53,557 nucleotides of DNA. Source: Polyangiales bacterium (GTDB lineage: Bacteria; Myxococcota_A; Polyangia; Polyangiales; Polyangiaceae). Below are positions 10,257 to 20,155 of this stretch, piece by piece. The notes below the pieces were generated by a model. The model saw only the letters and a program-made list of their open reading frames with translations. It searched no databases and had not been told where the DNA came from. How positions within the stretch are numbered: the stretch's first letter is position 1; every line of letters starts with the position of its first letter. Both the position numbers and the translations under genes were made by a program. Location: NCBI GenBank assembly GCA_038231275.1, contig JBBRLQ010000043.1:1-53557 (forward strand), read 5' to 3'.

Positions 10257-11845
10257 CCCAAATCGCCCTGGGTTCGGCGATACTCGCGCGCGCCATGACC
10301 CTCCCGGTTCGGTCCGCTTCGTCGCTCGCCGCGCTCCTCCTCCTCACCGCCTTGCCCGCGTGCGGCCCGTCGCGTCCCGGGGCGACGCCGTCCTCGGGCA
10401 CTCGGTACGAGCCCTCGCGCGACGTGGCGCCGCCCGGCACCGCGCCGCTTCCGACGCCGATCCGTGAGCGCCCGATCGCGATCGGCCGCAAGGTCATCGT
10501 CCGCGCGGCGCGGCTCCTCGACGTGCGAACAGGCAAGGTCCTCACCGATCACTCGATCGCGATCCTCGACGGCACGATCGTAAAGGTCGCGCCGTCGCCG
10601 CAGCTCGTCGCGGCTCCCGGCACCGAGGTCGTCGAGCTGAAGACGGGCACAGTGGTCCCTGGCTTCATCGATTTGCACGTGCACCTCACGATGAATCCCG
10701 AAGATCAAGGGTGGAGCGGCCTTGCCATCACGATCGCGCGCGAGACGGTGAGTGGCGTGAAGAACGCGCGCGCCACGCTGATGGCGGGATTCACGACCGT
10801 TCGCAACGTCCACGCGGGCGGCTATTCGGACGTCGCGCTGCGCGACGGGATCAACGCAGGGGAGATCGAAGGCCCGCGCGTCGTCGCCGCCGGCATCGCG
10901 ATGGGCATCACCGGCGGGCACTGCGACGAGAATCTGCCCGGCTACCAATGGCGCTCGTCCGACCCGAGCGGCGTCGCCGACGGGACGGCGGAAGTGCAGA
11001 AGCGCGTGCGCGAGCAGATCAAGCGCGGCGTCGACTTGATCAAGATCTGCGCGACCGGCGGGGTCCTGTCGGCGGGGGACGATCCACGGACCTCGCAGTA
11101 TTCGCCGGAGGAGCTGCGCGCGATCGTGACCGACGCGCATCGCCTCGGTCGCCGCGTCGCCGCGCACGCCCACGGGGGAGAGGGCATCCGCTTTGCCGTC
11201 GAGGCCGGCGTCGATACGATCGAGCACGGCACGTACATCGATGACGCGGCGATCGCGGCGATGAAGGCGCGCGGCACCTGGCTCGTCCCGACGCTCACCG
11301 CGACACACGGGCTCCTCGAGAACGCGGAGAAGCGCCACATCACGCCCGACGTGGTCGCCAAGATCAAGGACGTGGACGCGCAAGGGAGCACCGCCCGCGC
11401 CCGCGCGCTGAAGGCCGGCGTGCGCTTCGCGTTCGGCACCGACGCCGGCGTCTTCCCGCACGGCGAGAACGCGCAGGAGTTCGCCGCGCTGGTGAAGATG
11501 GGGATGACGCCGCTCCAGGCGCTGCAGTCCGCGACGATCGGCGCCGCGGAGGTGCTCGGGTGGTCGGACAAAGTCGGCGCGATCGAGGCTGGAAAATGGG
11601 CGGACATCATCGTCGTCGACGGCGACCCGCTCGCCGACATCGCGGCGACCGAGCGCGTACGCTTCGTGATGAAGTCCGGCGAGGTGTACTTGGAGGACGG
11701 CGGCCGCGAGGTCGTGCCGGTTCGGCCGAAGGGGCCCGGTGCAGGAGGCCCGCCGCTGCACCTCGACGACGACAAGCCGCCGCCGCCGACGACCGCGCCC
11801 AAAGCCGACCCGAAAAAGCCGGCGGCCCCCGCAGATCGAATGTAA
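10253..11845 (+). CDS. Metal-dependent amidohydrolase (Xaa-Pro dipeptidase-like), probable lipoprotein
   Basis: PGFIDLHVH, IKICATGG, AAHAHG, IEHG, FGTDAGV, G.IE.GK.AD; alternative start 10295. Confidence 0.92.
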   Translation: MTQIALGSAILARAMTLPVRSASSLAALLLLTALPACGPSRPGATPSSGTRYEPSRDVAPPGTAPLPTPIRERPIAIGRKVIVRAARLLDVRTGKVLTDHSIAILDGTIVKVAPSPQLVAAPGTEVVELKTGTVVPGFIDLHVHLTMNPEDQGWSGLAITIARETVSGVKNARATLMAGFTTVRNVHAGGYSDVALRDGINAGEIEGPRVVAAGIAMGITGGHCDENLPGYQWRSSDPSGVADGTAEVQKRVREQIKRGVDLIKICATGGVLSAGDDPRTSQYSPEELRAIVTDAHRLGRRVAAHAHGGEGIRFAVEAGVDTIEHGTYIDDAAIAAMKARGTWLVPTLTATHGLLENAEKRHITPDVVAKIKDVDAQGSTARARALKAGVRFAFGTDAGVFPHGENAQEFAALVKMGMTPLQALQSATIGAAEVLGWSDKVGAIEAGKWADIIVVDGDPLADIAATERVRFVMKSGEVYLEDGGREVVPVRPKGPGAGGPPLHLDDDKPPPPTTAPKADPKKPAAPADRM

Positions 11846-11888
11846 CCTGCGCAACCACCGACGCAGCTGCGCCATCGGAGACATCGCC

Positions 11889-12767
11889 ATGACGACCCAG
11901 GGGAACGACTCGAAGCGACTCGAAGGCAAGACCGCGCTCGTCACCGGCGGCAATTCCGGCATCGGGCTCGAGGCGGCGGTCCTCATCGCCCGCGAAGGGG
12001 CGGCGGTCGTCCTCGTCGCGCGTGACGAGAAGAAGGGAAACGCGGCGGTTCTCGACGTCTCGCAGCGCTCCGGCTCGAAGAAGGTGTCGCTCCTCACGTG
12101 CGATTTCTCCTCGCAGGCGAACATCCGCAAGCTCGCCGACGCGTACCGCGCCGCGCACACGCGCCTCGACATCCTCGTCAACAACGCGGGCGGCGTGAAC
12201 AAAGACCGCAAGGTCACGGTGGACGGCATCGAGCAGACGTTCGCGGTGAACCACCTCGGCTACTTCTTGCTCACCAACCTCCTGCTCGACCTCGTGGAGA
12301 AGAGCGCCCCGGCGCGCATCGTCAACGTCGCCAGCACCGGCCACTACGGCGGCGATCTCGACTTCGACGACATGGGCTACGAAAAGGGCGGCTACTCGAT
12401 CATGCGCGCCTACCGCCGGTCGAAGCTCGCCAACGTCCTCTTCACGCGGGAGCTCTCGAAGCGCGTCGCGGGCAAGGGCGTCACGGTTACGTCGCTCCAT
12501 CCGGGCGCAGTGGCGACGAACATCTGGGCGGGCGCGCCGGGCTGGGCGCAGCCGATCCTCTCGGTCGCAAAAGGGCTCTTCATGATTTCGCCGGAAGAGG
12601 GCGGAAAGCGCGTGGCGTACCTGGCGACGAGCCCCGAGCTCGAGGGCAAGTCCGGCGGCTACTACGACGCGAACCGCGAGCGCGCGCCCGCGAAGCTCGC
12701 GCAAGACGAGGGGCTCGCGACGCGCTTGTGGACGGAGAGCGCGCGCCTCACGGGGCTCACGGCGTAG
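11889..12767 (+). CDS. Short-chain dehydrogenase/reductase (retinol-DH-like)
   Basis: TGGNSGIG, NNAG, VNHLGYF, YRRSK (YxxxK), HPGAVAT. Confidence 0.95.
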   Translation: MTTQGNDSKRLEGKTALVTGGNSGIGLEAAVLIAREGAAVVLVARDEKKGNAAVLDVSQRSGSKKVSLLTCDFSSQANIRKLADAYRAAHTRLDILVNNAGGVNKDRKVTVDGIEQTFAVNHLGYFLLTNLLLDLVEKSAPARIVNVASTGHYGGDLDFDDMGYEKGGYSIMRAYRRSKLANVLFTRELSKRVAGKGVTVTSLHPGAVATNIWAGAPGWAQPILSVAKGLFMISPEEGGKRVAYLATSPELEGKSGGYYDANRERAPAKLAQDEGLATRLWTESARLTGLTA

Positions 12768-14388
12768 TCGCCGGAGCGGCGGACGCGCTCGCCTTTCGAG
12801 GCCAGAACGCTGCGAGCAGCGCCAGCGAAAGGGCGAAGAAGAGGAGCGACTGCGTTCCGTACTCGTCGTTCGGCGTGCTCGAGAACGCGGGCATGACGGC
12901 AAGGAGCGCGCTCGCCCCCGCCGTCGCGAGGACCATCGCCTCGACGCGCCGATGCAGACGCGCGAGCGGCGTCACCACCAAAAAAAAGGCGCAGTAGTAG
13001 CAAGCGACCTGGAGCGCCGCGAACAGCACGACGACCGAGAGCGCCGCCGCGGCCCACAGCCGACGCATCCGCCGCGTGACGAAGGCGAACGCCAGCACGA
13101 CGCCGACCAGCACGCCGACGTGCACGGGACGGAGCTCGCGAAGACGCTCGACGCGCATGCTCCGCCACTTCGCGACGGGATCGGGCGCGAGCGCATCGAG
13201 GGAGGCGTCTTGTGCGCCGTCGAGATCGTGCATCAGGATCGTGGGGACACCCATCTGGTTGGCGGCCGGCACGCTCTCGTGGACGCGGATGTGCGCCGCG
13301 AACTCTTGGAACGCCCGCGGCCCTACCGCGACGGCGGCGAAGACGACCAGGACGAGCGACGCCACGATGCCCCCCGCGAGGAAGCGCGCGTGTGGGCGCG
13401 CGAGACGCCGCTTCGCCCGTGCGCTGCGCGCGATCAGGAGGAGAGGCCCGACCACGAAGACCGCGGGGAAGAGGCGCAGCATCGTCGAGAACCCTAGCCA
13501 CGCGCCCGCGCCGAAGAATCGGCGCTTCTTGAGGCACGCGACGGTCATCACCAGCGCGAAGAGCCAGTCCTGCCGCAAGAACGTGCCGCTCACCCAGTTG
13601 TGGTTCGCCGGCACCTGGCAGCCCCAGAAGACGATCGCCAGGCAGGCGGTGCGCCAGCCGAACGCCCACCCGAGCGCGCCGAAGATGCCCCCGTACAAGA
13701 GGAGGTCGAGCGACGCGAGCGCGAGGATGAACGGACGGCTCGCCGCGTGAAGCGACGCGAAGGCGTGTCCGATCGCCGTCCATACGGGCGACGGGTTGTA
13801 GCCATGATCGGCCTGAATTCCCGCCCAATACGTAAAATCGGTGGTGCTGCGGAACCACGCGACGTCATCCATGAACATTCGCCAGCGCTCGTCCGAGAAG
13901 CGCGGGCGGCACGTGTCGGGGCGCGCCATCAAGATGGGACCAGGCACGAGCGTGTCGTTCTCGAGATCGCGGATGCTCCTGTATTGGAGATCGGATTCCT
14001 GCCCGAGCGCGATTTGCGCGCGCGCGGTGCACTCGTAGATGCGCGTGTAGCCGAGCTCGCTCGGATACTTTGCGCCGAGAAAGTAGTGGAAGAAGTCGTG
14101 GCGGTGGAAGAGGCCGGAGTACACCGGGTTCCCGCAGTTGTAGTAGGCGCCGACGGCGAGGGTGGCGAGGAGCGCGGCGACGATCTTGATGGTGGCGCGT
14201 CGAGTGGCGGGGCCGCGACGGCGCCGCCGCGCCTCGGCGATCGAGAGCGCGAGCGCCGTGAAGGCGATCGCCGCGCGGAGTCTCAACGCGGTGTGCTCTC
14301 CCATCTCGAAATGCGTAGCGACGCCGAGCGCGACGACGATCGCCACGCCGAGCAGCGCACCGAACACGAGCGGGCGGTGTCCTCTCAT
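12757..14388 (-). CDS. Polytopic membrane protein, putative GT-C-fold glycosyltransferase
   Basis: About 11 hydrophobic segments, DHGYNPSPVW loop, FLRQDWL, LRLFPA motifs. Confidence 0.6.
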   Translation of the reverse strand: MRGHRPLVFGALLGVAIVVALGVATHFEMGEHTALRLRAAIAFTALALSIAEARRRRRGPATRRATIKIVAALLATLAVGAYYNCGNPVYSGLFHRHDFFHYFLGAKYPSELGYTRIYECTARAQIALGQESDLQYRSIRDLENDTLVPGPILMARPDTCRPRFSDERWRMFMDDVAWFRSTTDFTYWAGIQADHGYNPSPVWTAIGHAFASLHAASRPFILALASLDLLLYGGIFGALGWAFGWRTACLAIVFWGCQVPANHNWVSGTFLRQDWLFALVMTVACLKKRRFFGAGAWLGFSTMLRLFPAVFVVGPLLLIARSARAKRRLARPHARFLAGGIVASLVLVVFAAVAVGPRAFQEFAAHIRVHESVPAANQMGVPTILMHDLDGAQDASLDALAPDPVAKWRSMRVERLRELRPVHVGVLVGVVLAFAFVTRRMRRLWAAAALSVVVLFAALQVACYYCAFFLVVTPLARLHRRVEAMVLATAGASALLAVMPAFSSTPNDEYGTQSLLFFALSLALLAAFWPRKASASAAPATTP

Positions 14389-15923
14389 CGCGCCCCGCGC
14401 CTCCGCGTCAGCTCACTGCGCGCCTCGGCGAGCTCCGGCGACGGGCGGAACCGTGGCTCCCACTGCTTGAGGACCGCGTCGACTTCGTCGAGCTGCCCGG
14501 TCGCGAAGAGCGCGGCGAAGAGCGCGCGACGTGCGTGCTCCTCGTAGGGGTAGCGGCTGGCGTAAGGCTGCACGAAGCCGAGCGCGGCGCGCGGCTCGCC
14601 CGCCGTGAGCGACGCGACGCCGGCGCACAGGTACGCGCGCATCGCCATGGGGTGCGCCGCGACGTACGAGAGGCAGCCGCGGCTCGCCGCGAAGTCTCCC
14701 GCGCGCGAGGCGAGGAGCGCGGTGGCGAGCTCGCCCTCGACATCGCCGGGGCGATCGGCCGCCTCCGCGCGGAGGAGCGCCGCGTCGTCTCGCCACGCCC
14801 CGCCTCGCCCCCACGTGAGCGGGACGAGCGCCGCCGCGACGACGAGCGGGAGGTACGGCGCCCATCGCGCAGGAAGGAGCGCGCGTCGTCCGAGCGCCTC
14901 GAGCGCGTACGCCACCGCGAACGCGGCGCCGACGACGACGAGGTACGCGCCACGATCCGACGCCGGAGCGCGCGCCGCCGCAGGGCCGAGCGCGCAGACG
15001 GCGCCGAGCGTCCATGCCGCGCCGAGCGCCAACGAACGCGCATGCCGCGAACCGTTGATCCAACGAACGAGCCACCCCACGCCGACCGCCGCCACGAGGA
15101 GCAGCAAGGCCGCTGCGCCGGCGCCAACCGAAGGGAGCGTGACGAACGGGGACAGATCCGACGGGAAGACGAGGTCGCGCGCGAATCGGAGGAGGAGCCC
15201 GGCGGCGGCGTCGATCGTCGCGGCGGGCGCGCCGAGCAGCGGCGTGCGCCACGCGGGTACGCTCGCAACGAACGCGACCGCCGCGAGCCCGCCGATCGCC
15301 GGCGCGGGAGCCTTGCCTTCGCCCGTCACGCGTGGAGCCATCGCGAGCAGCAGCGGCAAGAACACGAACGCTTCGTGAACGAGTACGGCGATCAGCGTGA
15401 TCGCAGCACCCCACGCCGCGCGCTTCGCCGATCCCGCAGGACCGCGCGACCCGAGCGCATAGAGCGCGACGCCGGCCCCGATCGCCAGCGGACGCGCGCT
15501 CGCCGACGCCACGACCTCGGTCGTCGCCGGATGAACCGCGAACAAGCACGCCGCCGCCACCGCCGCCTGCCGCGCCACGCCTTGCGCCGCGATCGCGCGC
15601 GCGAGGAGCATCGCCACAATCGCATGCAGAATACAACTCAGCGCGTGCAGCGTTGGCGCGTGCGCGCGCCCGATCTCCCACACGAGCCAATCGATGGCGG
15701 CGGCGAGCGGCCTGAACACGGGCGATGCTCCAGGCTCTCCGAGAAGCGCGTCGCGTGGCGTCGACAGCAGATGAACGAGCCCACGCAGCGTCCGCAGATC
15801 CGTGCTCTCACGAAGCAGCGCCGGGTCGTCCAGCGTGAGGCGATTCGCGATCGTCGGCGCGTGCGCGAGCGTCGCGGCGGCGGCGGCCGTCCACGGCGAC
15901 TCGCGCAGCGTCGTTCGGAGCAT
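14385..15923 (-). CDS. TMTC-like GT-C membrane protein with C-terminal TPR-like helices
   Basis: LTLDD, FRPL, LFAVHP..TEVV, SDR..YL, WRDD..L motifs of TMTC/DUF1736-type proteins. Confidence 0.7.
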   Translation of the reverse strand: MLRTTLRESPWTAAAAATLAHAPTIANRLTLDDPALLRESTDLRTLRGLVHLLSTPRDALLGEPGASPVFRPLAAAIDWLVWEIGRAHAPTLHALSCILHAIVAMLLARAIAAQGVARQAAVAAACLFAVHPATTEVVASASARPLAIGAGVALYALGSRGPAGSAKRAAWGAAITLIAVLVHEAFVFLPLLLAMAPRVTGEGKAPAPAIGGLAAVAFVASVPAWRTPLLGAPAATIDAAAGLLLRFARDLVFPSDLSPFVTLPSVGAGAAALLLLVAAVGVGWLVRWINGSRHARSLALGAAWTLGAVCALGPAAARAPASDRGAYLVVVGAAFAVAYALEALGRRALLPARWAPYLPLVVAAALVPLTWGRGGAWRDDAALLRAEAADRPGDVEGELATALLASRAGDFAASRGCLSYVAAHPMAMRAYLCAGVASLTAGEPRAALGFVQPYASRYPYEEHARRALFAALFATGQLDEVDAVLKQWEPRFRPSPELAEARSELTRRRGAR

Positions 15924-16101
15924 CTCTCGCGATCGTAACAAAGGTCGGATCGGTCAGTCGCTCGACCACGCGAGGTGTCGGAATTTCATCCGTGAATAAT
16001 CGAGCAAGGCGCGAGGTCCAAGGACCTGAGCCGTGGGTGGACCGGCGCGGGGGGCGTCTTCGACGAGCCACTGCGGCAGCTTCTTATTTATCGGAGGATT
16101 C

Positions 16102-16728
16102 ATGCGCACATTGTCGGCATTGGTCGTGTTCTCGGTGTCGCTTCTCGTCGCCTCGACCGCTTCCGCAGCGGAGCCCGAAGATGGAAAGAAGTCCCCGGAT
16201 CAAGTCGCGAAGAGTCAGAAGCCGGAGCCGGAGTTCAAGCCGATCGCGCTGACGCTGAACCCGCTGTCCCTCATCCTCACGCGCATCGGCCTCAACGTGG
16301 AGTACCTGCCCGCGGCGCACCACGGCATCATGCTGAACCCGTACGGCCAGTTCATCTCGGCCGGCGACAACGCGAACGGCACCAAGTACACGAACTGGGG
16401 CGCCGAGCTCGGCTACCACTTCTACACGGGCAGCAAAGGCGCGAACGGCTTCTTCGTCGGCCCGTCGCTCGTCTAAATGCACGCGGGGACCAAGACCACC
16501 GCCACCGCGGGCAACCAGACGAGCTCGGTCGAAGGCAGCTTCAGCGCGTACGGCTTCGCCGTCGACCTCGGCGGACAGCACGTCTTCGACAACGGCTTCA
16601 CCATCGGCGGCGGCGCCGGCGTGATGTACCTGACGGCGGCCGACACCTCGAGCCTTCAGTCCTCGAGCACCGTGAAGGTCTCCGGCGTCCTGCCGCGCTT
16701 CCTCTTCACGATCGGGTACTCGTTCTAG
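16102..16728 (+). pseudogene. Outer-membrane beta-barrel protein (DUF3575-like) interrupted by in-frame TAA at 16474-16476
   Basis: GGAGG RBS, signal peptide, LTLNPLS..LNVEY..GFFVGPSLV*MHAG...FTIGYSF with terminal Phe; both halves in the same frame. Confidence 0.8.
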
Positions 16729-16737
16729 ACGAGCGCG

Positions 16738-17001
16738 TTAGATCTTCGTGTCACTAGGCGAGGGGCTCGTGTCGACGCTCGGACCTGCGTCCGCGCGCCC
16801 CTTGCCGGTCACGTCGCTCTTGAGCGTGTCCGTGCCTTGCTCGACGTCCTTCCTGCCGTTCGAGCCCTTGATCTCTTTCTCGGTCGTGTGAATTCCCTTC
16901 TCGGTGTCCTTCACGAGCCCGCCGCACGCGGCGGCGAGGGAGGTCACGAGGACGAGGGCGAGCGCGGCGAGCGAGCGTACGTGCGTCATCGTGGCGAGCA
17001 T
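16738..17001 (-). CDS. Small hypothetical lipoprotein
   Basis: Lipobox LAAAC after a hydrophobic stretch. Confidence 0.6.
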   Translation of the reverse strand: MLATMTHVRSLAALALVLVTSLAAACGGLVKDTEKGIHTTEKEIKGSNGRKDVEQGTDTLKSDVTGKGRADAGPSVDTSPSPSDTKI

Positions 17002-17136
17002 GTCCCGCTCGCCGCGTTTCGGTCAAGACCCCTCGTCGTTCGGCGTTTGCCGTCGACCGAGGGAAGGCAATTGACGCAGCGCGCGTAAACCGGCGTGAGC
17101 ATCTTGTCGGGCTGCTCCCTCGGCCTCGGAGTTCTC

Positions 17137-20106
17137 ATGCGGTTTCGCGGCTCTCTGGGAGCGCTCGGCCTCCTGGCGTCGGCGCTTGCGCCGATCGCGC
17201 TGCTTGCCGTCGACGGGTGCCGCGCGTTCGTCGGTGAAGGCGAATCGCAAGAGCAGGCCATCGGCGAGTGCGCCATCCCCGGCGCCGCCCTCTCGCGGGT
17301 CTTTGCGGGCGTGTCGTTCCGCAAGCCGACGTCGATGGTCCAGGACCCGAGCGACGCGACGCGTTTCTACGTCACCGAAAAAGACGGCCTGATCAAGACC
17401 GTCACGACGAAGACCGGCGACGCGCCGATCGTCTTTGGCGATCTGACCGCGAAGGTCGCCGCGAACGGCGCCGAGCCCGGCATCAACGGCCTCGCGTTCC
17501 ATCCGAGCTTCCCCGCCACGAACGAGGTCTACGTCGCGTACGACGGCCACAACCCGAACGCGCGCCCGCCGCTCGTCGACTTCGAGTGGACGCTCTCGCG
17601 CTTTCGCACGAAGGGCGGCCCCGGCGGCGTGCTCGTCCTCGACACGTCGAGCGAAGAGATCCTGATCCAGATCGACAAGTACGACTCCGAGCACAACGGC
17701 GGCTCGCTCGTCTTCAAGAACGAGGGCGGCAAGAACCTCCTCTACGTCTCCGTCGGCGACGGAAGCCCCGCCAACGAGCAGATCCAGAACCACCCCGAGA
17801 TCAAGCCGGCGCAAGACACGCGCGCGCTCCTCGGCAAGATGCTCCGCCTCGACGTCGGCGCACGACAAGACGGCCACACGTACGGCTTCCCCGCCGACAA
17901 CCCGTTCGGCACCGCCGGTACCAAAGCCGGCCAAGGCCGCCCCGAAATTTACGCGTGGGGCCTTCGCAACCCGTGGCGATTCAGCTTCGACACGAAGCGC
18001 CCCGACGATCTCTGGCTCGGCGACGTCGGCCAAGACGCGTTCGAAGAAATCGATCTCGTCACGAAAGGCGGCAACTACGGCTGGCTCCCGAAGGAGGCCA
18101 CGCATTGCTCCAACGCCGACGCCGAGCGCCGTCGCTTCGGAGGCGACAAGAACGCGTGCCCCGTCGCCGATGAAGTGCTCCCCGTCGTCGAGTACCCGCA
18201 CAACGGCCAGTCCGCGGCGGTCATCGGCGGCTTCGTCTACCACGGCGCGTCGGCGCCCGCGCTCGAGGGGCGTTACCTCGCGGCCGACTACGTCAGCGGC
18301 AACATCTTCGGCCTCTTCACGTCGAACGGAAAATCGAAGCTCCAGACAATCGGCAAGAGCGGCAAAGCCATCTCGTCGTTCGCGCAAGATCGCGCGGGCG
18401 AGGTCTACGTGCTCGATCACGCGGCCGGTCAGGTCTTCAAGATCGTCACCGGCCCGTGCGCCGACGGCGGCGGACAATCGACGGCGCCGTACAAGTGGCT
18501 CGTTCGCGAGGGCGTCGGCGATCAAGAAGGGGCGATCGCGTACTACCAAGGCTTCCAAGTCCCCGGCGTCGCCGTTGGGACGTACACGCTGCAACGCTTC
18601 GGCACCGACAACCTCGGCGTCGATCCGAACGAGCGCGATCCGAAGAAGCTCGCGGCAGCAGGGCTAACGACGAACCGCGGCACGTACCGAAACCGGCTCG
18701 ATCTCGGCTTCGTGCGCGAGATGGTGTGCTCGAAGCCCGAGGCGTTCGCCGCCGCGGGTGTCGCGTTCAAGAAGGGCGACGGCAACGGCGCGCCTCCCGC
18801 AGGATGCTACGTCCGCAACTGGCGCAGCCTCACCGACTACCAGGACTTCGTCGAAGGGCGCAGCGACGGCACCGCGACGCTCGGCACCGTCGCGATGACC
18901 GTCGAGGACGGCTTCACGCACTTCTACGTCTTCAACGCGCAAGGCGTCCTCGCGACGCAGGCCACGCTCGACTCCGAGGGGCCGAAGTTCATGCCGCAGC
19001 TCTGCACGCCATGCCACTCCGGCCAGTACCGCGGCAAAGGCGGCGCCGTGAACATCGGCTCCATCTTCCGCGAGTTCGAGCCGGACTCACTCGACGTCGG
19101 CGGGCACCTGGTCCTCGATGATCCGTCGGGCACGACGAAATTCGTTCCGGGCGATCTCACGACGGCGCAGGCCGAGTGGTTCGCGCTCAATCAATCGGCG
19201 CGCGCGGCGAACCAGGCGCTCGTCTCCGAGGCGTCGGTGCCTGTCGCGAAGACCGGGCAGCGTTGGGACGACACGAACGCGACGCCCGGCGGCTTCGAGG
19301 TGAACCGCGCAGCGATCGGCGCGTACGTCGCGTCGATGTACCCGACCGGCGCCGCGCCCGCGCTTCCCGTCGGCGCACCCGAGCACCTGCCCGCGGCGTG
19401 GCAAGCGCAAGCGGGAGAGAGCGCGGAGTTCATCACCGCCAAAGCGCACGTCTGGGAGTCGCTCGTCGCGCGCTTTTGCATGGGGTGCCACCGCACGAAC
19501 CCCAAGCCGTTCGACAACTACGCGCTCTTCCAGCCGCTCGCCGCCGAGCAAGACGGCGTCGCGCTCCTCACGAAGTACACGAGCTTCGACCCCGCCGATC
19601 CGCAGCGAAAGACGCTGGTGGGGATGCCGCAGTCCGAGCTCATGTTCAACACGCTGAACGGGCTCGACTCTCCCGCCGGCTTCCCGACGCAGGGTCTGAG
19701 CCTCACCCCTGACGCGATCCAGGAGCGCAAAGACGCGCGCGCGGCGGTCTTCGAGTGGCTCGTCCAGTCGTCGAACCCGACGGTCGCGCAGACGCAGGTC
19801 ACCTTCACGATCGATGGCGCGGACGGCACGCAGGTCGGCGACTGGGTGTACGTCGTGGGCAGCCTCCCCGAGCTCGGCGCGTGGAACCCCGTGCAAGGCG
19901 TGCGTTGCCAAGCGACGGCGTTCCCGACGTGGACGTGCATCGTGAACCTCCCGAGAGGCGCGGCGCTCGAGTGGAAGGCGATCAAGCTGTTTCGATTCGG
20001 GCAGGTCGTTTGGGAGCGCGAACACGGCCAAGGCAACCGCCACCACGCGGTCGCCGGCACGCTCACCGACGCCGTCCGCGTGACGTGGGACGATTTCGGC
20101 CCCTGA
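17137..20106 (+). CDS. Lipoprotein fusion: PQQ-type glucose/sorbosone dehydrogenase + two c-type heme motifs + CBM20
   Basis: HNGG.L.F, LYVSVGDG, LLGKMLRLDV, P.DNPF, EIYAWGLRNPWRFSFD, GDVGQ..EEID, GGNYGW; CTPCH and CMGCH; VYVVGSLPELGAWNP..LEWK..VWE. Confidence 0.85.
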   Translation: MRFRGSLGALGLLASALAPIALLAVDGCRAFVGEGESQEQAIGECAIPGAALSRVFAGVSFRKPTSMVQDPSDATRFYVTEKDGLIKTVTTKTGDAPIVFGDLTAKVAANGAEPGINGLAFHPSFPATNEVYVAYDGHNPNARPPLVDFEWTLSRFRTKGGPGGVLVLDTSSEEILIQIDKYDSEHNGGSLVFKNEGGKNLLYVSVGDGSPANEQIQNHPEIKPAQDTRALLGKMLRLDVGARQDGHTYGFPADNPFGTAGTKAGQGRPEIYAWGLRNPWRFSFDTKRPDDLWLGDVGQDAFEEIDLVTKGGNYGWLPKEATHCSNADAERRRFGGDKNACPVADEVLPVVEYPHNGQSAAVIGGFVYHGASAPALEGRYLAADYVSGNIFGLFTSNGKSKLQTIGKSGKAISSFAQDRAGEVYVLDHAAGQVFKIVTGPCADGGGQSTAPYKWLVREGVGDQEGAIAYYQGFQVPGVAVGTYTLQRFGTDNLGVDPNERDPKKLAAAGLTTNRGTYRNRLDLGFVREMVCSKPEAFAAAGVAFKKGDGNGAPPAGCYVRNWRSLTDYQDFVEGRSDGTATLGTVAMTVEDGFTHFYVFNAQGVLATQATLDSEGPKFMPQLCTPCHSGQYRGKGGAVNIGSIFREFEPDSLDVGGHLVLDDPSGTTKFVPGDLTTAQAEWFALNQSARAANQALVSEASVPVAKTGQRWDDTNATPGGFEVNRAAIGAYVASMYPTGAAPALPVGAPEHLPAAWQAQAGESAEFITAKAHVWESLVARFCMGCHRTNPKPFDNYALFQPLAAEQDGVALLTKYTSFDPADPQRKTLVGMPQSELMFNTLNGLDSPAGFPTQGLSLTPDAIQERKDARAAVFEWLVQSSNPTVAQTQVTFTIDGADGTQVGDWVYVVGSLPELGAWNPVQGVRCQATAFPTWTCIVNLPRGAALEWKAIKLFRFGQVVWEREHGQGNRHHAVAGTLTDAVRVTWDDFGP

Positions 20107-20155
20107 CCGCGCGGATAGAGTGCGCGGAGGGCGCAAATCGGCGACGATTCGACGG

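Noticed and set aside
6572..11845. 1757-aa ORF and other long overlapping or antisense ORFs (for example 39847-42810, 49962-52028)
   Set aside because: Arg/Ala-rich shadow frames expected in high-GC DNA; only 10253-11845 of this ORF is a recognisable protein
16474..16476. Programmed readthrough or selenocysteine/pyrrolysine recoding
   Set aside because: The codon is TAA, not TGA or TAG, and TAA is used as a normal stop elsewhere in the window
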